Assembly (NCBI GenBank): GCA_944350285.1
Contig: CALVOL010000001.1
Coordinates: 1 to 49,421 of the forward strand
DNA length: 49,421 bases
Reading direction: 5' to 3'
Source: an uncultured Bacilli bacterium
GTDB taxonomy: Bacteria; Bacillota_I; Bacilli_A; RF39; UBA660
Shown here: in pieces, positions 18,650 through 27,522 of the stretch
Position numbering within the stretch: the stretch's first letter is position 1
Layout: every line of letters starts with the position of its first letter
The notes under the pieces: model-generated
Told to the model about the DNA's origin: nothing
Seen by the model: only the letters and a program-made list of their open reading frames with translations
Databases searched by the model: none
Made by a program: the position numbers and the translations under genes

Positions 18650-19429
18650 TCATTTACGAACCAAAGTAAACCAACTTTTTAATTCTTCTAAATCAAGTGC
18701 TTCTTGCACTAAAGTTTTATTTTGAGAATTAGATAACACACTTTCTACTTCTTTTATGATTTCTTCTCGGGTGAAATATTTCTTTATCATAATTTTCAAA
18801 ATATCAAAATAGCTATTATTCATTGGATCTGTGACAAGATCTAGGGCCAAGAATGAATCTAAATCCACAAACTCTTGAAGCCACGCCTTAAGAAGCACTA
18901 ACACTTTTTCTTTTTCGAAAGGTAGATATTTTTCTTTTTCTACCCAACGATCTAAATGAATTTGATAACTCATATTTTCTAATGGTGGGAAGTTATAAAT
19001 CAAGGCATAAAAAGTATCAATTGCTTCATAATTCCATGCGAAAGATCTAGGAATAGAAAAGTAAGTTTCTAAAAAGCGATAGTTGAATAAAAAAGTATAT
19101 TGGTCTATTCTAGAATGTCCTTTAGATTCTAAAAAAGATTTTCGGTAAAGATGGTTATAAAGACGCACACTTGGATCTAGCTCTGGATCAAATATGTGTT
19201 TTGCAACATTTATATTTTCAGAAAATAGTGATTGTTGATAGAAATAATTCGTATGAAATGGAACATCTAACTCCCGGACATATTTACAGTCTTCCACAAT
19301 ATATTCATCTAGCTCTATTTTTTTCTTTTTAATATAATCTAGTCGACGACTATAATGCTCTACTAATAGCATTTGAAGAAATCTAGAACATAATAGTTCT
19401 TCTTCTTTTAATAATTCTTGTAATGTCAT
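18650..19429 (-). CDS. hypothetical protein
   Basis: The ORF is long and has no recognisable motif. The track start is GTG 19438. The ATG at 19427-19429 follows AGGGGGTG by about 6 nt. It is co-directional with miaB. Confidence 0.45.
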   Translation of the reverse strand: MTLQELLKEEELLCSRFLQMLLVEHYSRRLDYIKKKKIELDEYIVEDCKYVRELDVPFHTNYFYQQSLFSENINVAKHIFDPELDPSVRLYNHLYRKSFLESKGHSRIDQYTFLFNYRFLETYFSIPRSFAWNYEAIDTFYALIYNFPPLENMSYQIHLDRWVEKEKYLPFEKEKVLVLLKAWLQEFVDLDSFLALDLVTDPMNNSYFDILKIMIKKYFTREEIIKEVESVLSNSQNKTLVQEALDLEELKSWFTLVRK

Positions 19430-19467
19430 ATGAGACACCCCCTAAAATATTGAAATAGAAACTTTTG

Positions 19468-19491
19468 AAAAAAGAATGGAAAGGTCCATTC
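19468..19491 (-). terminator. rho-independent terminator after serS
   Basis: The minus RNA forms GAAUGGA-CCUU-UCCAUUC (19474-19491) followed by U6 (the plus-strand A-run at 19468-19473). Confidence 0.6.
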
Positions 19492-19606
19492 CTATATCTT
19501 ACTTTTTAGTAAAATTCATAATAAATTACATTCGTTTCATTTTTTTAAAATTATACTCATTATGCAATTTTTAAGATTTTCGATGAGCAATTTTTAAAAA
19601 CTCCCT

Positions 19607-20884
19607 TTAACGAATTACTTCTTTTCCACCCATATATGGTCGTAGGACTTCTGGAACAATGATACTTCCATCTTTTTGATAGTTATTTTCAATCACAGCA
19701 ATAAGTCCTCTTGGGGTTGCGACACAAGTATTATTTAATGTGTGAAGATAGTAAGTTCCTTTTTCTCCTTTGACACGGATACCTAGTCTTCTTGCTTGGG
19801 CATCTCCTAAATTAGAGCATGAACCAACCTCAAAATATTTTTGTTGTCTTGGACTCCAAGCTTCGACGTCACAAGATTTTACTTTTAAGTCTGCTAAGTC
19901 GCCAGAGCAACATTCTAGTTGTCTTACAGGAACATTCATGTTTCTAAATATTTCAACAGTATATTTCCACATTTCTTCATAAAACTTCATAGAGTCTTCT
20001 GGTTCGCATAATACAATCATTTCTTGCTTTTCAAATTGATGGACACGGTATAAACCACGTTCTTCTAGACCGTGAGAGCCGCCTTCTTTTCTGAAACATG
20101 GAGAGTAAGAAGTCATTTTGATTGGTAAATCGCTCTTTTTAATAATTTGGTCTTTAAAGCGTCCAATCATTGAGTGTTCACTTGTTCCAATTAGATATAA
20201 ATCTTCGCCTTCTATTTTGTACATCATTGCTTCCATTTCCGGGAAAGACATAACCCCTGTTACGACATCACTATGGATCATGAATGGTGGGACTGCATAA
20301 GTGAAGCCTTTGTCAATCATGTAGTCTCTAGCATAAGCAAGCATTGCTTCATGAAGTCTTGCAATATCACCGAGTAGGTAGTAGAACCCTTCGCCACTCG
20401 TTCTTCCAGCAGCTTCTTTGTCCATACCATTTAGACTTAAAATGATATCTGCATGATATGGAATTTCATAATCTGGTACAACAGGTTCGCCAAATCGCTC
20501 TACCTCGACGTTTTCTCTGTCATCACGACCAATCGGAACGCTTGGGTCCATAATGTTTGGAATGACCATCATTCTTTTTTTAATCTCATCTGCTAAAGTA
20601 TTTTGTTTTTCTTCTAATGATGTAATTTCTTCTGTCATACTAGCAATTTTCTTTTTGATTTCTTCTACTTCCTCTAGTTTTTTTTCTTTCATAAGGACAC
20701 CAATTTGGCTACTCATTTTATTTTTATCGGCTTTTAAGGCATCCATTTTTGTTTGGTATTCTCTTCTAGACTCATCTAAATCGTATACTTCATCTACTAG
20801 GCCTAGTTTTTCCTCTTGGAATTTCTTTTTGATATTTTCTTTTACTAATTCTCTATTTTCTCTAATTAATTTAATATCTATCAT
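19607..20884 (-). CDS. serS: serine--tRNA ligase
   Basis: It is 425 aa. It has the N-terminal coiled-coil arm and class II motifs (FRKEGGSHG..RGLYRVHQFEK, GSCSNLGDAQARR). Its start overlaps the preceding gene (ATGA). Confidence 0.95.
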   Translation of the reverse strand: MIDIKLIRENRELVKENIKKKFQEEKLGLVDEVYDLDESRREYQTKMDALKADKNKMSSQIGVLMKEKKLEEVEEIKKKIASMTEEITSLEEKQNTLADEIKKRMMVIPNIMDPSVPIGRDDRENVEVERFGEPVVPDYEIPYHADIILSLNGMDKEAAGRTSGEGFYYLLGDIARLHEAMLAYARDYMIDKGFTYAVPPFMIHSDVVTGVMSFPEMEAMMYKIEGEDLYLIGTSEHSMIGRFKDQIIKKSDLPIKMTSYSPCFRKEGGSHGLEERGLYRVHQFEKQEMIVLCEPEDSMKFYEEMWKYTVEIFRNMNVPVRQLECCSGDLADLKVKSCDVEAWSPRQQKYFEVGSCSNLGDAQARRLGIRVKGEKGTYYLHTLNNTCVATPRGLIAVIENNYQKDGSIIVPEVLRPYMGGKEVIR

Positions 20885-21360
20885 AATCTTTCTCCTTCTA
20901 ACTTTGTGATAATTTTTGAGTAAGCATCGATATATTTCTTACTTCTTTTGATATCTCGAGCGGTTACTTTGGCAAGTCTTGTTAAATCCATATTATGTAG
21001 TAAATCTTTTAATTTTACTTGAAGCGCTACTAAATTCTGGCTTTCTATTAAATGGTCAATGTATTCTGTGTATGTATCATAAGAGTTTTCTAAGATTTCT
21101 AATGTTTCCACAAACTCATTAGAATAATCAAGAGCCAGTAAATCGTTTTTGGTAACCTGTGTATCTTCTAATATATCATGCATTAATGCGACGGATTTTA
21201 TAAAGATATCATCAAAATCCTCGCTCACACGCAAAAGATGGCTCATATAATTTACATTTGCTTTATCTGTTTTGTTTTTAAAAAAACGGGTGACAAGTTC
21301 TAAGCTACGCGAGTATAAATCTAATTCCTTGTAATGTAAGATTTCCTCTTTTGTAAACAT
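20881..21360 (-). CDS. small HD-domain protein, RelA/SpoT-hydrolase-like (candidate small alarmone hydrolase)
   Basis: It is 159 aa. MSHLLRV ... VALMHDILEDT ... LQVKLKDLLHNMD parallels the H..RV / aLLHDvvEDT / iKLADRLHNM motifs of (p)ppGpp hydrolase domains. No synthetase domain is present. Confidence 0.6.
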   Translation of the reverse strand: MFTKEEILHYKELDLYSRSLELVTRFFKNKTDKANVNYMSHLLRVSEDFDDIFIKSVALMHDILEDTQVTKNDLLALDYSNEFVETLEILENSYDTYTEYIDHLIESQNLVALQVKLKDLLHNMDLTRLAKVTARDIKRSKKYIDAYSKIITKLEGERL

Positions 21361-21389
21361 AGAACCACCACCCTAACAAATATGAGTTT

Positions 21390-21417
21390 ATTATAGCATA
21401 GAATTCTTATTTCTGAA
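21390..21417 (-). promoter_or_regulatory. possible internal promoter ahead of the HD gene and serS
   Basis: The minus strand reads TTCAGA (21412-21417), 16 nt, then TATAAT (21390-21395). An AGGGTGGTGG SD follows. The -35 is weak. Confidence 0.3.
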
Positions 21418-21937
21418 CCAAATTTCTTAATACTCTCATAAAATTTTGGCCATGTTCGGTTAATTCGTCTAATGTTTGGGTATTTTTGTTATATTGATTT
21501 ATTTCTAAAAAATCATACTGTTCAAAATAACTTAATCGGTCGTTTAAGAATAATTTTTGTTTATCCGTTAAATTTTTAGGAATATTTAGATACCCTATAT
21601 GCATGTTATGATAGGCGGACATAGAAAAATAATAATATAGTCCCATGACATTCTTTTTTGCCAAGTTTATATCGGCACGAGCATGTTCTAACTCATCGAT
21701 TTGCTTTTCTAGTAAATATTTTTTTAGTTTTTTTGATTTTTCATATAATTTTTTTAATAGTAAAGCATGACTCTTTGAATTAGCATTTCTTAGAACTTGC
21801 TCTATATCGCCATTTTCATAAATAAAGGATACAGCATAATTGATAACATCCATTGGATCGTTTATTAAAATCGAGGCTTCTTCATCTTGTGCTTCTGTTA
21901 ATTTATTATCATCGTTTAAATAGTAAATTGTGTTCAT
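21407..21937 (-). CDS. hypothetical protein (176 aa)
   Basis: The ORF sits between thrS and serS, and no obvious SD is visible. The segment LNIPKNLTDKQKLFLNDRLSYFEQYDFLEINQYNKNTQTLDEL resembles ACMPDHFTGFQREELEKYSKTDLQFLDFGIYNTQTDDYNSL of the upstream 163-aa ORF. Confidence 0.5.
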   Translation of the reverse strand: MNTIYYLNDDNKLTEAQDEEASILINDPMDVINYAVSFIYENGDIEQVLRNANSKSHALLLKKLYEKSKKLKKYLLEKQIDELEHARADINLAKKNVMGLYYYFSMSAYHNMHIGYLNIPKNLTDKQKLFLNDRLSYFEQYDFLEINQYNKNTQTLDELTEHGQNFMRVLRNLVQK

Positions 21938-21962
21938 AATTTATAAAATCATATCCTCTCAT

Positions 21963-22454
21963 TCATTTTATTTTTTTCATTTCAGCTTGTTCTATCATTT
22001 CTATATATTCCGTAATTAAATAAGAATTAGCACCTAATATGTCTTCTGATTTTATAAGGGAATTATAATCATCAGTTTGAGTATTATAGATTCCAAAATC
22101 TAAAAATTGCAAATCCGTTTTACTATATTTTTCTAATTCTTCTCTTTGAAAGCCAGTAAAATGATCTGGCATGCACGCGGTAAAACAATTTGTAGGCTCA
22201 ATCATTTGAGGTGCCATGTTGCATACAACCCCTATTCCTAATTTATTTAGCATTTTATGAAGAAAAATAATTGAAGAAGGATTCTCGACTATCTTTTGAA
22301 TGTCCAACTTTGAAAGAATTGCCTTCATTTTCTTATCTCTTTTAGCCAAATCTAAATAATATTCTATATGATAACTTCGATTTGGCCTTTTCTGGATGCT
22401 GGTAATTTTGTTCGGATATAAAATGATCAATGCAGATCGTTTAAAATCAATCAT
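21963..22454 (-). CDS. hypothetical protein (163 aa)
   Basis: It has a 4-nt ATGA overlap with the upstream ORF. It is a possible distant paralog of 21407..21937. Confidence 0.5.
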   Translation of the reverse strand: MIDFKRSALIILYPNKITSIQKRPNRSYHIEYYLDLAKRDKKMKAILSKLDIQKIVENPSSIIFLHKMLNKLGIGVVCNMAPQMIEPTNCFTACMPDHFTGFQREELEKYSKTDLQFLDFGIYNTQTDDYNSLIKSEDILGANSYLITEYIEMIEQAEMKKIK

Positions 22455-23227
22455 GGTGTTTCCTTTCTAATATTTCTTACTCTACTATAAGCTCCTTTCA
22501 TTCTTTTGTCAAATTGATTTCTTGTAATAGTACTCGCTGATGTAAATTCTAAATCCATGTAATTATCTCTATATATCTCAAAATAACTATAAGGCTTATC
22601 ACTTTTCTTTTTCATAGTACTTGTATTACGTGTTTTTAAAAAACAAATACCTTCTGAAACAAATCTTTCTTCTATAATCTTTCTCTCACCCATTAGTTCT
22701 TGTGTTTTTCTAGATAATATTTTTCGCCCATCTAAATAATAACTTTCTATTTGTTCTTCTCCTGTTAAGCTTAAACATTGTTTTTGGTGTTTCACTTTTA
22801 CTACTTGGTTAAAAAATATGATATCTGTTTCGAGCCAATCAATAGGCGCATTGTAGTAACGCCTTCTTAGACTAGAATAAAGTGGAGCATAAGAAGAATA
22901 AAGTATTGGGATTGTGATATGTATAGACTTCAAGGCTTCTTTAGTACTCGAAATGGTAACTGTCACAAGAGCACCTTGCTTTTGTTTTGCTATCTCGTAT
23001 GTTTCGATAAACTTTGTTCCTTGTTGTTCTAATTGATAAGATATCACGTCTTTTCCTAACTCAAAAAACTCTATTTCGGAACTAGTTGGCGTTAAAAATC
23101 GCAAGACATACTCCTTTATATCTTTTTGAAAATCTGGATACGTTTGAGGAGGAAGGAAAGTTCTTTGCAAAACCTCCTTCAAATTCTCATGAATAATTTG
23201 TTGTTCTAAATATTCTATTGGTTTCAT
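22451..23227 (-). CDS. hypothetical protein (258 aa)
   Basis: Its start codon overlaps the thrS stop (TAATG). I recognise no motif. Confidence 0.5.
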   Translation of the reverse strand: MKPIEYLEQQIIHENLKEVLQRTFLPPQTYPDFQKDIKEYVLRFLTPTSSEIEFFELGKDVISYQLEQQGTKFIETYEIAKQKQGALVTVTISSTKEALKSIHITIPILYSSYAPLYSSLRRRYYNAPIDWLETDIIFFNQVVKVKHQKQCLSLTGEEQIESYYLDGRKILSRKTQELMGERKIIEERFVSEGICFLKTRNTSTMKKKSDKPYSYFEIYRDNYMDLEFTSASTITRNQFDKRMKGAYSRVRNIRKETP

Positions 23228-24960
23228 TATTTCTTACTCTCTATTCTATTCTTTAAGTAATTTAAGAATTCATCTTTTGTAACAGTTGTTGTCTCTTCAC
23301 TTCCAAACTCACGGTAACTAATTGTTTCGTTATCGACTTCTTTTTGGCCAACAATCACAGTTACTGGTATTTTTTTCACAACGCTTTCCCGCATTTTGTA
23401 ACTTAGTTTTTCGTTACGATAATCAGCAGTTACACGAATATTTTGGTTACGTAGCCAACTTTCAAGACTTCTTGTATATTCTTCATGGTATTCTAAGTTT
23501 ACTGGAATGATATTTACTTCTACTGGGGCAAGCCATAATGGGAATGCACCAGCAAAATGTTCAATTAAAATACCTATAAAACGTTCTACTGAGCCAAATA
23601 TTACACGATGAAGCATAATTGGTCTCTTTTTTTCTCCGTCTTTATCAACGTAAGTTAAATCAAAACGTTCAGGAAGTTGCATATCTAATTGAATTGTTCC
23701 ACATTGCCATTCTCTACCTAAAGAATCTGTAACATGAAAATCTAATTTTGGTCCATAGAATGCTCCATCCCCAGGATTTATTTTGCAATCTTTACCAGCC
23801 TTATGACAAGCGTTCTCTAATATTTCTTCAGCTTTATTCCAAGTCTCAATATCGCCAATATATTTTTCCTCTGGTCTAGTTGACAATTCTATTGTGTAAG
23901 GAAGCTTGAAAATACTATAAATGCGATCAATAAACGCGATTAATTTGATAATTTCTTCTTCCATTTGGTCTTCTCTCATAAATATGTGAGCATCATCTTG
24001 TGTAAAACAACGCACTCTAAATAATCCGTTTAATGCGCCACTTGCTTCATGACGGTGTACTAAGCCAAGTTCTCCACAACGAATTGGCAAATCACGGTAT
24101 GAATGTAAATCATGTTTATATACAAGCATTCCTCCTGGACAATTCATTGGTTTTATTGCAAATTCCGTATCATCGATCGTTGTTGTATACATATTTTCCT
24201 TATAATTTGCCCAGTGACCTGATAGTTCCCATAAGTCACGATTTAAGATCATTGGTGTTTTTACAAAAACATAGCCTTCTTTTTCATGTTCTTGATACCA
24301 GAAATCCTCTAAAACTCTTCTTAAAGTCATGCCATTAGGAAGCCAAAATGGAAATCCTGGACCGTATTCACTAATCATAAATAAGCCAAGCTCTTTTCCT
24401 AACTTTTTATGATCTCTTTTCTTTGCTTCTTCAAGTAAATTTAAATATTCTTCTAAATCATTTTCCTTTTCAAAGCAAATGCCATAAACTCTTTGAAGCA
24501 TCTTATTTTTAGAATCGCCCTTATAGTATGCTCCTGCAACTTTAAGCAACTTAAAATGCTTACATTCTTTTACGGTATCTACGTGTGGTCCACGGCAAAG
24601 ATCTGTGAAGTCTCCCTGTATATAGCAAGAAATTACTTCGTCACTGCCCATATTTTCAATTAAATCAATTTTATATGGGTCATCATGAAACATTTCTAAA
24701 GCTTCTTTGCGACTTAGTTCATGACGGACAATTCGTTTACCATCTTTACTAATTTTTTTCATTTCTTTTTCGATTTTTAATAAATCTTCTTCTTTTAAAG
24801 TGACGTCTCCTAAATCAATGTCATAGTAAAAGCCTTCACTAATGACTGGTCCTACCCAGAATTTTGCCTCTGGATATAAATGCTTTACAGCTTGTGCAAG
24901 TAAATGAGCACAGCTATGATTTAATACGCTTAATTTTTCATCTTCTTTAATATTTATCAT
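23227..24960 (-). CDS. thrS: threonine--tRNA ligase lacking the N-terminal TGS domain
   Basis: It is 577 aa. It begins directly at the editing-domain HxxxH region (LNHSCAHLLAQAVKHLYPEAKFWVGPVISEGFYYD). It has the class II core (RCGELGLVHRHEASGAL.GLFRVRCFTQDDAHIF) and an anticodon-binding C-terminus. Only 21 nt separate it from rnr. Confidence 0.95.
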   Translation of the reverse strand: MINIKEDEKLSVLNHSCAHLLAQAVKHLYPEAKFWVGPVISEGFYYDIDLGDVTLKEEDLLKIEKEMKKISKDGKRIVRHELSRKEALEMFHDDPYKIDLIENMGSDEVISCYIQGDFTDLCRGPHVDTVKECKHFKLLKVAGAYYKGDSKNKMLQRVYGICFEKENDLEEYLNLLEEAKKRDHKKLGKELGLFMISEYGPGFPFWLPNGMTLRRVLEDFWYQEHEKEGYVFVKTPMILNRDLWELSGHWANYKENMYTTTIDDTEFAIKPMNCPGGMLVYKHDLHSYRDLPIRCGELGLVHRHEASGALNGLFRVRCFTQDDAHIFMREDQMEEEIIKLIAFIDRIYSIFKLPYTIELSTRPEEKYIGDIETWNKAEEILENACHKAGKDCKINPGDGAFYGPKLDFHVTDSLGREWQCGTIQLDMQLPERFDLTYVDKDGEKKRPIMLHRVIFGSVERFIGILIEHFAGAFPLWLAPVEVNIIPVNLEYHEEYTRSLESWLRNQNIRVTADYRNEKLSYKMRESVVKKIPVTVIVGQKEVDNETISYREFGSEETTTVTKDEFLNYLKNRIESKK

Positions 24961-24981
24961 TTTTTATCAATCCTCTCTCTA

Positions 24982-27273
24982 TTATAATTTTCTTGTTAAA
25001 TTTAAATTATTTTCTTTAGAAAATAAACAAAATGTATCTTTTGATAATGCTGTGGATATTAACCTCACGCGAATTTTATCTTTTACTGCATAAATCTTAT
25101 TATTAGAAATATATGTATGATGAATATGATCAACAATATCCGGTTTTTCAATTGGTAAAACCCCTAAAATATTATTGTCTGTTCGAATAAATATTTGGGT
25201 TTCTGTTACAAATTCAATAGTTGCATCAAATGTTTCATCAAGAAATTGATACATATACTCTTCTAGCAGATATTTTTTAATGTCCTTTTCCAAATTCTCC
25301 GAGGCTATTTCTTGTTGATTTAAATGTTCTACATTTTGAGCAATGAATTCTCTGAGACTCTCTAATTTCTCAGATGTAACACCATGTTTTAAAAATTCAC
25401 TAATTACTGCATGATTTATTAAATCACTGCCACGACGAATCGGGGAAGTAACAGTTCCATATCTTTTTAAAGCCAAACCAAAATGACCTTCATTGATACT
25501 ACCATAATATGCTTTTTCTAAAGATTGTAGAAATAGTGTCATAATGTATTTTTGCTCTTCTTTTGTACATCCACAACATACTGTAGTTAAATACTGTTGA
25601 TACTTTTTTTGGTCTCGTAACTCTTTTACGCAGCGCGATTTATATTGAAGTTTTGTCATAGTATCTTTTAAATGAAATAATTTACTTAATGACGGAGAAT
25701 CATGATTACGATACACAAAAGGCAAGTTTAACCAATAACAATAATCAGTCGTTGCTTCATTTGCTAATAACATAAAATTCTCAATCATCCGGTGTGCAAG
25801 ACCATTTTTTTCTTCTAGAAGCTTAGAAACTGCACAATCCTTATCCAATACTATCTTCATTTCAGGAACATTGATCGGTAAATATCCACGTTTAATTCTT
25901 TTTGTTTGTAAAATACTAGATAATTCATTCATTTCTAATAACATATTTTTATAATTTTGATAATCTTTTTCTAAAATGCCATGTTCCAAAAACAAATCCA
26001 CTTTATCATAAGTCATCTGCTTTTTATTACGAATCAAACTAGAAAAAATTTGAAAATCTAGGATCTCTCCATTATAATCTACATCAATCATCATCGTTTT
26101 AGCAAGTTTATCTTCATTTTCATTTAAAGAACATAAATGATTTGACAGTATTTCTGGTAATTGAGGAATCACAACGTTCCCTAGATAACAACTAGTTCCT
26201 CTAAACACCGCCTCTTGAAATAAAGAACTACCTAACGGAACAAAAAAATCAACATCAGCGATATGAACATACAAGCGATAGCCTGATGGCTTTTTTTCAA
26301 TAGAGATCGCATCATCTAAATCCTTCGCTGATTCTGGGTCAATACTGATCACTTTTAATTTTCTTAAGTCCACTCTATCCTTATCTAACTGAACCTTTTT
26401 TAGTGAAGAGCATTCAGCCAAAGACTCTTTACTAAACTGCCTCGAAAATCCATATTGACTAGCATATTCGATGATCCAATCTTCTAAATTTTCAGCGACC
26501 ACCTTAAAACAAGTTATATGAAAGCTCTCTGTCTTTTTATTATACCGATAAGTTGCTAGTATTTTAGTCCCATCTAAAAATACATCTTTCTCATCTAGTA
26601 CAGCTTTATAAAAGTTATTTTCTAAAGAAACCCATTTTCCTTTTCTTTTTTCAAAAATTCTATTTTTTTGTTTTGCATGAATCACTTCCACGACGTAAAA
26701 TGAATGATAACTATTTTCCTCTGACATAAGTAAAGACACTTCATCCCCTGCAAATGCCCCATTTAGAAATTCTGGTTTTAAATAAAACTTTTTATCTTGA
26801 ACGATAACATAATACTGATGATCTTTATCCATTTCAATTTTTGTTCTAATAAAAGTCTGTCGCTTTAGTGCTTCTTCTTGGACGACTCTTTTGATAACAC
26901 CACGAATTCTTACTTTTGAGTGTTCCTCTTTTTTTGGCACAATTTCAACAAAAACTTTATCATTGATATTTGCCCCCATTTTTAGCACATCCTCTTTAGA
27001 AATAAGAATAATTTCTTTTTCAAAAGTTTTGATATAATAATGATTTCTATTCGATTTTTGAAGTAAACCAAACTTTAAATAAGAATCTTTAAAAACATGG
27101 ATATATTGTCCATTTTCGTAATAAATTTTTCCTTGACTTTCCAAATTCAATAAAATAGTTTGTAAAACTGTTTCCTCTTTAGGTAACAGGCAAAACTTTT
27201 TTTGCAAATCCGTTATACTATAAAACTTGAAATTTGTTTGAAAAAAACTCTCTATTTGTTGTTCTAACGTCAT
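24982..27273 (-). CDS. rnr: ribonuclease R
   Basis: It has an RNB catalytic region (IDPESAKDLDDAISIE, ...RMIENFMLLANE, SPIRRGSDLINH) and a C-terminal S1-like region. The track starts at GTG 27288. The ATG at 27271-27273 sits 7 nt after a GAGGAG SD. Confidence 0.9.
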   Translation of the reverse strand: MTLEQQIESFFQTNFKFYSITDLQKKFCLLPKEETVLQTILLNLESQGKIYYENGQYIHVFKDSYLKFGLLQKSNRNHYYIKTFEKEIILISKEDVLKMGANINDKVFVEIVPKKEEHSKVRIRGVIKRVVQEEALKRQTFIRTKIEMDKDHQYYVIVQDKKFYLKPEFLNGAFAGDEVSLLMSEENSYHSFYVVEVIHAKQKNRIFEKRKGKWVSLENNFYKAVLDEKDVFLDGTKILATYRYNKKTESFHITCFKVVAENLEDWIIEYASQYGFSRQFSKESLAECSSLKKVQLDKDRVDLRKLKVISIDPESAKDLDDAISIEKKPSGYRLYVHIADVDFFVPLGSSLFQEAVFRGTSCYLGNVVIPQLPEILSNHLCSLNENEDKLAKTMMIDVDYNGEILDFQIFSSLIRNKKQMTYDKVDLFLEHGILEKDYQNYKNMLLEMNELSSILQTKRIKRGYLPINVPEMKIVLDKDCAVSKLLEEKNGLAHRMIENFMLLANEATTDYCYWLNLPFVYRNHDSPSLSKLFHLKDTMTKLQYKSRCVKELRDQKKYQQYLTTVCCGCTKEEQKYIMTLFLQSLEKAYYGSINEGHFGLALKRYGTVTSPIRRGSDLINHAVISEFLKHGVTSEKLESLREFIAQNVEHLNQQEIASENLEKDIKKYLLEEYMYQFLDETFDATIEFVTETQIFIRTDNNILGVLPIEKPDIVDHIHHTYISNNKIYAVKDKIRVRLISTALSKDTFCLFSKENNLNLTRKL

Positions 27274-27286
27274 AAGCTCGCTCCTC

Positions 27287-27480
27287 ACACAAAAAGGACG
27301 ATACCATAGGAGTCAAATAGACGGTACCATCCTTATTTTTTTCTTAATTATCTTTAACGGAATGACCCGGTTCTTATTAGAACTCTACAAAAGGAGTAAT
27401 GAAAGAGTCTTTTTGATAAGTTCCACCTACCCTTATCTCTCTATGAAAAAGAATTTCTTTCATCGTATCTTTTGATCACA
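27287..27480 (-). promoter_or_regulatory. T-box leader (tRNA-sensing transcription attenuator)
   Basis: Several conserved elements are present in the canonical order on the minus RNA. They are AGAGAG (27437-27442), the distal-loop-like GGUGGAA (27421-27427), the F-box CCGUUA (27355-27360) and the T-box core AAGGAUGGUACCGU (27321-27336). An antiterminator can be drawn as AGGA/UCCU plus GUC/GAC around a 7-nt UGGUACC bulge. The competing 12-bp terminator is AAGGAUGGUACC/GGUAUCGUCCUU (27294-27334), followed by U5. Confidence 0.7.
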
Positions 27481-27493
27481 GATTTATAAGCTA

Positions 27494-27522
27494 ATATTAG
27501 CACTTTTATTATGGATTTTCAA
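27494..27522 (-). promoter_or_regulatory. sigma-A-type promoter for the T-box leader
   Basis: The minus strand reads TTGAAA (27517-27522), 17 nt, then TAATAT (27494-27499), just upstream of the leader. Confidence 0.5.

Noticed and set aside
21407-23227. I looked for a toxic small alarmone synthetase (toxSAS) partner for the HD hydrolase-like gene among the three unknown ORFs.
   Set aside because: None of the three products contains the RelA/SpoT synthetase signatures (for example the G-Y-R-S-L-H type motif). No synthetase call is justified.
27274-27288. Several track ORFs begin at upstream GTG or TTG starts: rnr 27288, mutM 30362, secreted protein 35015, scaffold 49297, paralog 10687, hypothetical 19438 and Rpn-like 32936.
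   Set aside because: In each case the extension itself contains the Shine-Dalgarno sequence of an internal ATG placed 5-10 nt downstream. For mutM the internal start also gives the mandatory Met-Pro-Glu N-terminus. The internal ATGs were used.
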